Shown one piece after another: positions 37,431-49,448 of a DNA stretch of 64,000 bases. The translations under genes were made by a program, and so were the position numbers. The notes under the pieces are model-generated. The model was not told the origin of the DNA. It did no database searches and was given only the letters and a program-made list of their open reading frames with translations. Position 1 is the stretch's first letter. Every line of letters starts with the position of its first letter. Source of the stretch: Lama glama. Lineage: Eukaryota. The stretch covers positions 6,758,001 to 6,822,000 of the forward strand of contig CM052825.1 of NCBI GenBank assembly GCA_028534125.1, read 5' to 3'.

Positions 37431-40287
37431 ATGTTTAAAGGAAGTTAAGAGAGGCAAACCCCAAAACCTACCCCCTGGAAATGCTTTCAGCAACCCTGCC
37501 AAGGAGAGTAGCTAATCGTTAGAGAGCGTCAACGCTATTCTACAAGGTCTCTTTTCTCTGACTGCCCCGCATATAAAAACAAAACCAAAACCCCCCACAA
37601 ACGCATCCTTCGGAGCCTCTGCCACCTGACAGAGATGTCGGGCTCCATCTTGTCCCACCCCACCCCCTGCCTGAGCCCAGCCGTGGAGTGTGAGTACCAG
37701 ACTCTGCCTCTCCCTGCGGCAGGGGGAGGAGGCCTGGCCCAAGGTAGGACGCGGGTGCTGGGAGGGTGAGGATGGATCTGAATCCTGTCTGGGCTGCTCC
37801 CTTTGCAGGAAGCGGCTTTTCCGTCTTCAGGACGCATAGGCTGACCTCAAGACCCAGGCTGCAAGCAGACAGCCAGCCCTTCCTTCCCAATCCCTGCCAC
37901 TCTGAGGACATCTGCAGAGCTGAGGCTGCCCCAGCCACTGCTCAGAGGCCACCATGACCCACACGCCACCATCAGCCCTCACTGCCCATCACACTCTCCA
38001 TCTGTACTCTCCAACTTGAGCTCAGCCCATGCTCACTGATTATCCCCGTGCTTCCCTTCAGAGGCCGCCAGGCCCTCCTGTCCTTCCCAATCAGCCAACC
38101 ATTTCAGTGGGCACACAGACCAGACTGACCCCAGATTGCTCCCTGAGTTACAAGCCCTGGGCACCACCAGATCCAAGTCCAACACAATCACTCTGCCTGG
38201 GCTCCACATACTCCCTGCATCTTACCTTCCACCCCCCATTTCCCTGAACCCCTGCTGCAGCCACTTTCCTGCCGTGTCCCCCTGCCTCTCAGAACCCTCC
38301 CATGTGGGCAGCATCTTGTCTTTGAGGGAGGGTTCCTCTTTGCCAGTGCCACCTTCACTACCTATGTCCTTGTCCCTATCCTGGCTCCCTTGGAGTAGAG
38401 GCAGCCAGCCCCTCCCTTACTCCTTCAACCCTCACACTCCCTCCACTAAAGCAGCATTTAGTGTATTGGATGAGAACCACCCCCTCATCTCACTCCCCCA
38501 CTGGACAGTGAGTTTCTTAAAGGAACTCACGGGATTCTCACCTTTCCTCTTTGATACTTAGGTACCAAATGCAGTCTTACCTTAGGGCCCAGTAAGCAGC
38601 TATTGGATGCAGGATGGGGAGACAGATCCTCTGAGGGGGCAAAGGTTGTGCCTTTCACCTCTCCACACGCTGTACCGTGTCTTCATCATACCTGTGGGCT
38701 CACTTCTGTTATGTTTGGGAAGGAAGAGAAAAAATGCATTTCCAAATGATGCCATTCTAAATTACTTGTTGCTAAGCAGTGGATTGGTTAGTGAACATTT
38801 CTCTGAATTCTCCCCAAGGGAAGGGACGTTCCTATGATTGAAGTGCTAGAAAGCAGTACTGCTGGCTGCAGACGAGGGTGAGGGAGGAGTAATCAAGGTT
38901 CCCAAGTCAGCCCTCTTGTAATTGGCATCCCTGGGCAGAAATGGAACAGGACAGAACTGTACCCCAGGGCCCTGCTGGCCAGTAAAAGCTGTGCCTCCAA
39001 AGCCTGGTGGAAAACCAAGAAGGCGGCACCCCAAAAGAGGGAGCCCTTCCCCGCCTCCAGGACCTCCCTGGAGAATCCTTTGAGGAATTGGCATGGATGG
39101 ATCAGGTGTGGGGCATTTCATCAGCCGCTGACCCTGGGAAACACCCCTACCCCGCCTACCCACCCCCAGCCATGCTCCCTGGGACCTTGGAACACTGATC
39201 TGTTTGTAATAGCCTTAAGTAGGCTTTTCACCGGGCCTATGCGGGCCTGAATGTACAAGTTAATATCTGATGCCAAGTGAGATGTGAGGTGCTTATGCCC
39301 TTGAAGCCTGCCCCACAGATTAATTAGAGCTGATCCTGCGTGCTGCCGCACCGGCCAGCTCCTTGGGCCACATGAGACCTCCAATCCCCTATTTGGATTA
39401 GTGGAGATCTGGGCTTAAATTGACAAATCTCAACAGATCAGCCCTTCTGATCTTCATTCTGTGTTATTGGCAAACTAGATATCTACCTGGGACAACTCAA
39501 GGGGTCTCCAGCCTTCATTTCTCTGAAAACACATGCTCATATCTGTTGGTCAATTTAGCTTTTCACTTTGCTAAAGGTTTCCATTGCAGCCTGGATATGG
39601 CCTGACTTTAGTTATATAAACCAGGTATTTTTCAGGCTGAACCGTACTAATTAAAATCTAAGTGGGATTTGAGAGACTAGCAGCTGCTTGGAAATGATTT
39701 CATGTTGATGCCAGCTACCTGGACGCTGGAAAGTAGTTTTGAGTTTTGCAGTTGGTTATTTGGTTTAAGAACCCTGTAGGGTGGGGATGTCTCCATGTGA
39801 AGGTGAGCAGGTTGAAAAGGTCAGGTGTCATACTCAGGATAACACAGCGGGGTCAAATCTAGAAGCTTTCAGTCCTAGAATTTTCTTAAATGCTACAGCT
39901 TCCTATTCCCTGAAGGTAAGTGCACATCAGAGGATTCCTTAGGTGCTTTTGGCTAACGTTGGAATTCCATTCACCCCAGAGCCACACTCAGTTGGAGTCT
40001 GTCTGTGCTTGGGATGGAAGGCTGGATTCCAGCTTTGTGGAGGAACACTGGACGCTGCAGTGGTTCCTGGAGGTGCACTCCTGACCCTCCTCTCCTGCAG
40101 GTGGTCCCCACATTCCAGAGGCCAGGGCCCCACACTCACCCATCCCTGGATTCCATGACCCCTGCATAGGGTGTATACAGTGGACCCTGGGGGAGGTTAA
40201 AGAGACTTGAATTCTGGCTTTTCTGGGCCCTGGGAACCCTTTGGGATGCCTGAGTGTGTCTCTCCTGCCGCCAGCCTGGCTCCCACC

Positions 40288-43200
40288 ATGAGTGCCGAGC
40301 TCAACGTGCCTGTGGACCCCTCCACTCCTGCCTGCCCTGAGCCCGGCCACAAGGGCATGGATTACCGGGACTGGGTCCGCCGCAGCTACCTGGAACTGGT
40401 CACCTCCAACCACCACTCCGTGCAGGCCCTTTCCTGGAGGAAGCTCTACCTGAGCAGGGCCAAGCTGAAGGCCTCCAGCCGGACCTCCGCCCTCCTCTCG
40501 GGCTTTGCCATGGTGAGTGCAAACACGTGGTGGGAAGCACGGCTGTAAAACGGGCTCTTGCTAATTGAAGTCCTGTGATACGTCCGGGAGGAAATCACTC
40601 CCTCCAGGCCCTGCTAGCAGCCAGGATAGACCATTTGGAAGTCGCTGCCAGTGTCGCAGCTCCTCCAAGGGGACTACTTTGTCCACTGGGGGGGGGTTAC
40701 CTGGGGCATTCAGGGGAGTCTCCAAGCCCCACAGCCCTCAGAAAGCCCACTCCCACACTCACATAAAGTATTTACTAGGCGAGGAAGTTCGTGGAGTAAT
40801 TAAAATAGCTTCAGCGTACAGGGTTTCCTCGGGGTAAGTACCCACATCTGCCCATCTCAGGTACCACCCAAAAGTTTGGAAACTTGAGCAGGAACTGTGG
40901 GATTAATTGGGTTTGCTCAGTGTAGCTCAGCCAGGGGCACAGATGCTCCCTGAATGTCGTCTCTGGGGTGACGAAGCAGAGCCTCTGGCCTGACTCCAGC
41001 TGCCTGGATGTACTTTCCTTCTGAGTCATCCCCCAGGACTAGAGTCTGTCTCTAGGGGAAAAAAAACACATGCCCTGAAGGGCCACCTCTCCTGCTGACT
41101 CCAAAGCCAGCAGACCCACATCCCTTCAGGGTGGGGATATCGGGAGTCAGAGTGAGAACACGTGGCACTGTGGCCACCCCCTCTTTCTCTGTTGTATGTT
41201 CAGAGGTCCTTTTGGGCTGGAAGTCATTTTTTTTTAATGTGAAAACAATTGCTGTTTCTCCATAGCCCAGAGCCTCAGTTGTCAAATTGATATGCAGAAA
41301 ATAAAAAGCTGTCCGAGAGAGCCACTGTGGCCACTCCCATGACAAGGGCCTGCTCGACCAATGACACTGGTCACCCTCTGAAAAATGAATCAGGGCGTTA
41401 CTTCGTACAGGGCGGGGCAGAGGTCACCAAATTTAGCAGACAGTCAACTTGGGTTTAGGTCTACAAAGCAAAGGCTTATTTAGGTCTGCATTTTGTTTTT
41501 TAAAACATAATTACAAAAGTGTGCAATCACATGGCATAACTTTGGCTTGATTTTCCTCCTGTGGTTTCTATCACATTAAAAAGAGAATATATTCTCAAGC
41601 TTAATTTTAAGTAATATGTGTGAAAGGTTTAGACGTCACTTTTGAAATTAGATCTTATCTTCGCCTCCACAGAAGAATTAAGGTATTGCAGTACATTTTT
41701 TGGCCTGTATTTATTATTTTTTTAACTTTGGAAAACTAACTCTGAGAAGTATTGCATGACTTAGTGCTGGAGGATGGCTTCCTTTCTGTGTGGGGCCCAG
41801 GTCTCCGAGATCACTTCCTGTCTGCGGCTGTCTTTTGAGACCCTGGTCTTCCAAACATTTGGATTTCCAAATTTAGGGAGGATCCACTATTTTTCCCAAC
41901 AAAATGCTCACCCAGTTTGAAGGCTACAAAACCCCTCATTAAAATTTGAAAAGAAGCCCTTGTGACTAAAGTCAGAAAACCAAGAGTAAATTCTGGAGTA
42001 GTTTGAGGCTTAATGGCTGCCTTCAGGGGCATGAAGTGTTCTTAGAAGAGAAGAGTGACCATGGAGAGGCAGGGATGGGAGTGGTAATTCATTTCTTCAG
42101 TGTTTATGGGGAATCTCTGTACCAGCAAGAGCTTCCTTAAGCTGTTGGGGGTACATTTCAGAAGCCAAACACTGCCCTTGTCCCCTCTTCTAGAAGGTCC
42201 CTCTCAGGGAGCTGCCACAGCCTAACGGGCATCCGAGATCCAGCCTGAGCTCCAGCCTGAAAACCGGGAGGCGGTGGAAACAACGAGGGGCCGGACTGGG
42301 GTGGGGAAAGCAGCCACACCCACTTGAGTAGATGAACAGACCCGCCAGTAAATCAGATAATTATTCAGACTGCAGAGCGCCCTGGGAGAAAGAAGTGACG
42401 AATGTGGATCGTCAGTTAGTACGTCCGCTATGGAAACCACAACGGAATAAGGGCAGGGACGTGGAAAAATGAAAACGGGCCGTTCTCCAGGGGGAGCCCC
42501 CTCTTTATAATATATATTCCCTAATTAGAATTGCAAAGCCGTTCCTTTGTCCAACAAAAGATGCTTATGCCTGACCTTAAGCTTATTTATTTTTCTTTTT
42601 TTAAAGCTTATTTCTTCATATTCAGAGTGATCCGAGACCCCCTCATAAAATCTTTGCATAAACACACAGAAAAATGGCCTTTTGGCCTTTTCTCCTCTTG
42701 AAGTGGAACAAAAACTGCTTTCCTTGTAGGTCTTAATCATCTTTGTTTCCTATCTCTGTGCCCCTGAGGTTTTCGACATCCTTTTTTGTTGTGTCACATC
42801 CTTTGTGGTCCCAGGAGCCTACCCAGCCCACAGGGTCACTGAGAAAGGACCACCCCTCAACTCAGTACTGTGGCTGCTCTCTTTGGAGCAGTGATCACTG
42901 CTGAGTTTCTGCTCAGCCGTGGTCCACTAGGAATGCCATAGCTTCTTTTTACCTACCAGACATTCCATCTCCACTGAAGATGGGGTGAAGGGACGAGGTT
43001 TTCACTCTAAGAAGCAGTCGTTGCTAGAAGTTATGAAATCTTCTTTCTTGTTCAGATCTAGGAGACAAACAGAGTGAGTGGAAAAGCTTTCCTCTGGCTT
43101 CTTTCTGCCTCCCCGCTGCCCCTTCCTGATGGGTCTGGTTTCTGACCTTTGGGTGCCTGGGAGAAGGTCCTTGGTGAGCCTGGACTACACCTTCCACTCA

Positions 43201-44606
43201 GGCTGGTCCACAGAGCTGGGGTGGGGTGTGGGCCACAGGGGAGCCATCCCGAGTGGACTGGGTGTGACCCAGGGAAGCATGGTGGGGGCATGGTTCCCAG
43301 TCTGGACTTGGAAAGCCCCTTAGGGCTTGTGGTGAGCAGGTCCTGGCCTAAATGTCTATAGACACTCCCTGCCTCAGAGGTAAGCTGGGGCTTCTGGTCC
43401 TTCTGTGGGCCTTTTATTCCCTTTCATTTAAAAGTCATTTTTATTTTATCAAAGTTAATACTCGCACACAGTTTAAAAATTAAGTACTGCAGGGGCTTGT
43501 AATGAACCCCAGCATCCTGCATTCCCACCCCCAGGGGGCAGCCACCTGCAGCTCCTACGTCTCCACATTTCTAATAATATTCTGGAACTGCTGTTTCTTG
43601 ACTTACCCATTGCCTGTTGGCCTCCTGTGACTGCCGCTGATGATTCAGCTCCCTTCTTCCAGCCCGGCCCCCTTCCTGGCTTCTCCCTCCAGCTTTTGGT
43701 CTCTGGGGAGAGGCACCCTGTGTGTGGCCTGGGTGAGGCCATGCGGGTGCGCAGCTCTGAGTCTGAGGACTATGAGGAGCCTGTGTTACTACATTTTTTT
43801 TTTTTAACCTCTTGAAAGGTCAGTTTTTATTTTTTGAAAAACAGCAGTTGCTTTGCAGCTAAGCCCCACTGCAGCCTGACTCTGATACCAACACCAGAGC
43901 CGCATGTTCCCAGAGGAGTGTGGCCTCTGCCCAGGGCCAGAGCTCGGTACCCAGGCTGTGATTCCCCACCCAGTGCTTCTTCAGTCTCTTCTGTACTTTT
44001 TAGATTTCTCCTTAGAATTTGAATGGTAAGGAGGATGCCCTCACCCAGCATCCCTCTGCCTTGCAGGTGGCCATGGTGGAGGTACAGCTGGAGACACAGT
44101 ACCAGTACCCGCGGCCACTGCTTATCGCCTTCAGCGCCTGCACCACGGTACTGGTGGCCGTGCACCTGTTCGCCCTGCTCATCAGCACGTGCATCCTGCC
44201 CAACGTGGAGGCGGTGAGCAACATCCACAACCTCAACTCTATCAGCGAGTCACCGCACGAACGCATGCACCCCTACATTGAGCTGGCCTGGGGCTTCTCC
44301 ACCGTGCTAGGCATCCTGCTTTTCCTGGCCGAGGTGGTGCTGCTCTGCTGGATCAAGTTTCTGCCAGTGGATGCACGGCACCAGCCCGGCCCCCCGCCCG
44401 GCCCTGGCGGCCACACGGGCTGGCAGGCTGCCCTGGTCTCCACCATCATCATGGTGCCTGTGGGTCTCATCTTCGTGGTCTTCACCATCCATTTCTACCG
44501 CTCGCTGGTGCGCCACAAAACTGAACGGCACAACCGCGAGATCGAGGAGCTGCACAAGCTCAAGGTGCAGCTGGACGGGCACGAGCGTGGCCTGCAGGTG
44601 GTGTGA
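40288..44606 (+). CDS. ORAI2: Calcium release-activated calcium channel protein ORAI2, 254 aa; join(40288..40512,44067..44606)
   Basis: [75 protein letters not shown] | [75 protein letters not shown]. Four TM helices, the pore Glu in VAMVEV, Kozak cccaccATG and a GT-AG intron. Confidence 0.98.
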
Positions 44607-47334
44607 ACGTGCGCGCTCCTGGGCAGGGCCAGTGCGGCATCCAGAGGGACCAGAAAGTGCCCGCCTGATGGGGAATTTCAGAAATGCAGACAAATGCAGA
44701 TTGCTGACAAGGCTGCCTAGGCACTGCCAGACAGTTCCAGACCAAAGTTAACTTCTGTCTTAATGCTGTCAAACCCAGATCATTTTCCTGCAGAAGGTGG
44801 AAATCCTTAGCTAAATGAGCAACCCTGTTGCTAAGAGCTCAGAGGTCTCTGGCCCTGGGGACTTCCTAAGATAGGAGACTAGGCTTCGAGTACCACCAGG
44901 TGGTCAGTGGCGGTCACCTCTGGGACCTGGAGTGAGTGGCCACTGAGCCAGGGAGGCTGGCAGAGGCCTGGAGAGTTGGAGCAGTGCTGTGAGTGCAGGG
45001 AAGGGATTGCCCCATGACACCTGAGCTGGGCTGTGGCAGCCAGGGGCATGTCTGACGGCACCACCCTGCTGTGATTAGAAGGCGCAGGATGACAGCTTGG
45101 CCTGGTGCTTCCCTCCCGGCCCCCAAGAAGCCTAGCTTGTTGGGGGAAGGCAGGAGCCTAGGGCACAGGTCAGGCCCACAGGTGCGGTGGGTGCTCAGCC
45201 GGCGGCAGACTTGGCAGGCCCTGGGGGAGACATCCAAGGGTGGAGGCCTGCAGGGTCACGGAGGCGTGCATCCTGGCTGAGGCGCCTGCTTGAGGTGGCT
45301 GTTAACTGAGGCAGTGCTCTGAAGCACACTGTGCTCAAGTTCTCTCTCCCCAACTAGCCTAGAGCCCTGGCCACACTGACCTAGAAAGGCTACCAGGTCA
45401 AGGAAAGGGCCTAAAGTCCAGTGGCCTCCACCTCTTGGTAACAGAATGCCCTGAGCCTAGTCAGCTGCCCCTCTGGGCTGCAGCCGCAGGCCAGGGCACT
45501 CCCTCAGGCTGCAGAGCCTGCCCATCTCCCTGATGCTGTGGTCCCAGGCAGCAGGGAGGGGGCAGCCTGGGGGACCTCCTGTCCAGACAAGGCCATGGCC
45601 TGGCCTGGTCCGTGGGTGGTGGTGTCAGGGGCCAGCCCTGGCCGAATGCAGGTCGCACCCATAGTGACACAGAACAATGGCAGGGGAGGTGAGGCCCTGC
45701 GCAGTGCTCCCTTCCTGGGCCCCAGGCCACGTGCACAGGCCCGTGACACTGTTAGGCAGCCACAAGCAGCCTGGGTTTTGGTGTTTTCAAGAAGGGCATC
45801 TGGTAGACCTGAGCCCATGTTCTTGGGCGGAACACATACACACTATAGCTCAGCTTGTGTGAGCTTGCCGCGCCCTGAGCTACTTTTAGGAACCACATTT
45901 TACCACGTTGGCCAGCAGCCACCGGAGGAGGGTGTCTTTCCTTTTGTTTCCAGTCATTGGACTTAATGCTGTGATGGCATTTCTATCCACAGCCTAATGT
46001 CTCTGTAGGGTCTACATTGTCTGTGCCAAAAAATCCTGGCTGGCATGGCTGGGGTTTCTGGGACCATGACATACTGTTGGGAACATTAACTTTGACACAT
46101 AACTCTGAAATGCTGAGAATCACCGGTGTAAGTCATGGCATTTACAAGCAGCCCAGACATCATGTCCTGCAGGGCTGGAGAAGAGCCCGGGCGTCTCCCA
46201 AAGGGCATGTCCCTCGCATCCTCTGCAGACGTCTGTCGTGACTTGCTTGCTCCCCAGTACACGTCTCTCCTCTCCCGAAGCCTTGTTGAAAAGGCTCGTC
46301 TGGTTTAGTATGTGTTTGCTTTGCAAAAGAATGTCAGCATCACTGCAAGACAGCCAGTTTGTGTCCTGGCAGGGACAAGACAGGCTGATTCCTCCCCACA
46401 GCTGGGAGGGGCAGCAGGCCGTTCCTCTGGCCTGAACCTTTTGAGAGGGGCCTTGTTGGGCCCACTTCTGCCCACTTTCCCAGGCCATCTGGTGCCCCTG
46501 CCCCATGTTCCAGACCCAAGGAGTGGTGAGCTAGAGGCCAGCTCGGTCCAGGGTCAGACACTAGGTGCCCACTACCAGTGCCGCATGGGTAGGAAAGATG
46601 CCACATATCACATTTCAGACACTGATTAGGAGAATAACATTCTTATTCTTTTCATCTAGCGTACTCTCTCAGCCCCAGCCTTGCTAGTTCCTAGAGGCAT
46701 GGGGCAGAGAATTTCTGCGGGAACAGAGCGGACTGTGGGCCTGGGGATTGGCGACCAGGGGGCACAACCTCAGGGCGGTCCCAGAGCTTCCTCTGGGGCT
46801 GGAGAACAAGCTGCTACTCGGAGCTGCGGCAACACCTCAGCAGGGCAGTCTGGGGAGGAGGAGGGCAAATCACAGGCTAGAGACTTGGTTTCTGGAGGTT
46901 CAACCTGACTGCGAAGGGGGTTCCAAGTACAGTGGCCTCTCCACGGTGAGAGGCGCCATGGGCCACGTCGGAGCCAGCGCGGGCTTGCCCAACTCTCCTC
47001 TGAGCCTTCCTGGTGCTCCTAACACAAATGCCCGCACATACGCTGAGGCCCTTTCCAAAGTGGAACACGGTCTCCATTTAGTACCTGACCAGAAGTTTCA
47101 AAACTCAAGGGTTTCTATTTTAGACAAGCGGCCAGGGCAGAATGTATTTCAGTGTCTTCTAGGAAGGTCTGTTGAGGATAACACCGTGTGAGCCTGAGTG
47201 GATCGGGCTCATCTGCAGCTGTTCCCTGTCTTGTGCTGATCAATTCATCATGCACGGCATCATGGAGGCAATGTGTGGTATGCACACCCCGTCCCGTGTA
47301 TGGATTTTTAAAACAGTCGCCCTGGATTGAACTG

Positions 47335-47340
47335 AATAAA
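47335..47340 (+). terminator. Candidate polyadenylation signal (AATAAA) of ORAI2
   Basis: First canonical AATAAA I found downstream of the stop, giving a 3'UTR of about 2.75 kb. Confidence 0.6.
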
Positions 47341-49448
47341 CAAGTCCAACTATGAATCACTCACTCTGCTATCAATGGAACGTTGTGGAGGGAGGTGACG
47401 CTCAGAAGCCCCTCTCCCTAATCACTGGTCACCAGGCTTCCAAGGTGAGGGGGGCGGACTTCTCTGGAATGGACAGGCAGGGCTTTCGGACCCAGACACA
47501 CCCAGAGGCTCCCGCCAAGTGGGCCCCCGAGAGAGCCGAGCGCCTCTGCCCGCCTCCCCTGCCTAGCAGGGTGCTCCCTTTCTGGAAACAGCAAGGGGCA
47601 GCTGGTGTGTGGCCGAGTGCCAGCAGAGCCCTCTGGACAGGGTCAGCTTGAAGGCCTGCACATCCTCCTGGAGGGGCCCCCAGAGTTCTGGTCCCATGGG
47701 CTTTCTCTGCCCCAAGGGCCTGGGCTCTGGGGGGAGGCGGCCAGGTGTCCTGGTGGGTGGCAGAAACACACAGATCCCGCCTATGGCCTAGTGGCACTCA
47801 AGACAAGGTCCCAAGTATCCTGTTTTGTAACAGTTACCCACGAAGGTAGAGGCCCCCTTGTAGGAAATCTCTCCTTTACTAGACCATTTCCCCAGTGAGC
47901 CCAGCCAGCCTACTGAGAGGAGACTGTCCTGACCCAGACACCTCTGGGAAGGTGAGGCCCACAGGGTGAGATGGGACAAGACTAAGGCCAGAGACTCCTC
48001 ACTCGGCCCCCTGAGAACCTGCTAGACCCTCTTTCCAGCCCCTGCTGCCCCTCCCAGGTTGCTGGGGACACAGTACGGGCAGGTTCTGCACAAGTCTTGC
48101 AGGAGCAACCCAGAGGACGTTCCCTGGATGGAGCTCAAACAGAGCCCTCTGTGGGCAGAGCATCTTGCAGGCTCCATTGGGGGCCAGGCTGCCCTAAGGC
48201 CCAGCCCATCAGGGTAGAGACCCCCCACCAGCTCTTGGGAGGCAGGCCACCAGGCCTGTGCACCTCCTTGGCGACTGAGGTGCAGCAAAACAGGCTGGCA
48301 GTCTGGCCGGGTTTGCACCGGAGCGCCAGTCTGGGCGCCGTATGAGGGCTGGCATGGAGGTCGCACACCGGGGAAGAAGCTGCCCCCCTCCACTCTCCTG
48401 CTCCGAGCTGGCCTGGGGAGTGGCGGTCAAGCTATCTGGGAGCCCACCGCCCCCATGGCCAGCAGATGGGCTCACTCAGCCCCGAGACGCGCACGCAGCC
48501 TCTGCGGGGCCTCCGCGGGGCTCTCCAGGCCAGGCCGGCAGCTTGGCAGCCACAGTGCCACTTGGCATGGTGGCCAGCAGCTCTCCACACCTGACACGGC
48601 TGAGAACGTGCCAGAGGGACACGAAAGCCAGGGCCGTGAACCTCTCCAGGCCGTGATGCGGCCTGGCCCCCCGTGTCTGGCCCCCACCGTGTGGCTGATG
48701 AGCCGAGTGTACTGTCATATAAGCAGCAGGAGAGAGGGCAGGCCACGGGCCCAGAGCGCACCGCCACCCTCAGCCTCCCCAGGCTGCTCCTCCCCTGCTC
48801 ACGGGGCAGCCGCCCACGCAAGTCACCACCACACAGCACTGACACCAGAAAGGGAGCCACCTCGCACTGTCCCAGGAGCTGAGGAGACCCCCCACCCCAG
48901 TTTTTAACAGCATGGGGAGGGGTGGGTACCAGACTCTCAGATTTCCCTGTCCTCATCACATCCTGCACCCCATGGGGTCAAGCGCAGAGCCTGACTCAGA
49001 AGCTGTCACCAGCTCTGCCGCCTGACACAACAATAACCTCAAATCCAACTCCGGTCTCCAGTCCAGCACACACCCTAAAGAAGGGCCTGCAGGCTGGGAT
49101 GTCAGACAACCCCATTCAGAGACGGATAAAGAAAATGGTCTGAAGTGGTACCAATGTTTTTTAAGGTCAAGTTACGCCACTGCCCACAAAATGTGACAAA
49201 TCAAACAACTCAAATAAGTGGCTGGATGCAGGCCAAAGAGAACCAACCGGAGGCCCAATCCATCAAGCCAGCTGGCAGGCAGGGCTCCTACTGCTTGGGG
49301 CGAGAGTGTCAGGCCATCTCCTCTTAAAACCTAATCAGGGAAACAAGGCCCTTGCGCCTGGTGCCCCTCCAGTCCTGGTGAATGGTCCACTCTGGAGCCA
49401 GCAGCCCCCACCAGCCCCAGCACCAGCTCCCGTCCCCAGGGAGGCAGC

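Noticed and set aside
36203-37448. Many long overlapping ORFs (up to 326 aa) at the ORAI2 CpG island
   Set aside because: Pro/Gly/Arg/Ala-rich products of stop-poor GC-rich DNA on all frames, with no domain signal.
45000-49300. Numerous 60-180 aa ORFs between ORAI2 and ALKBH4
   Set aside because: They lie in GC-rich 3'UTR sequence with no splice structure or recognisable protein motifs.
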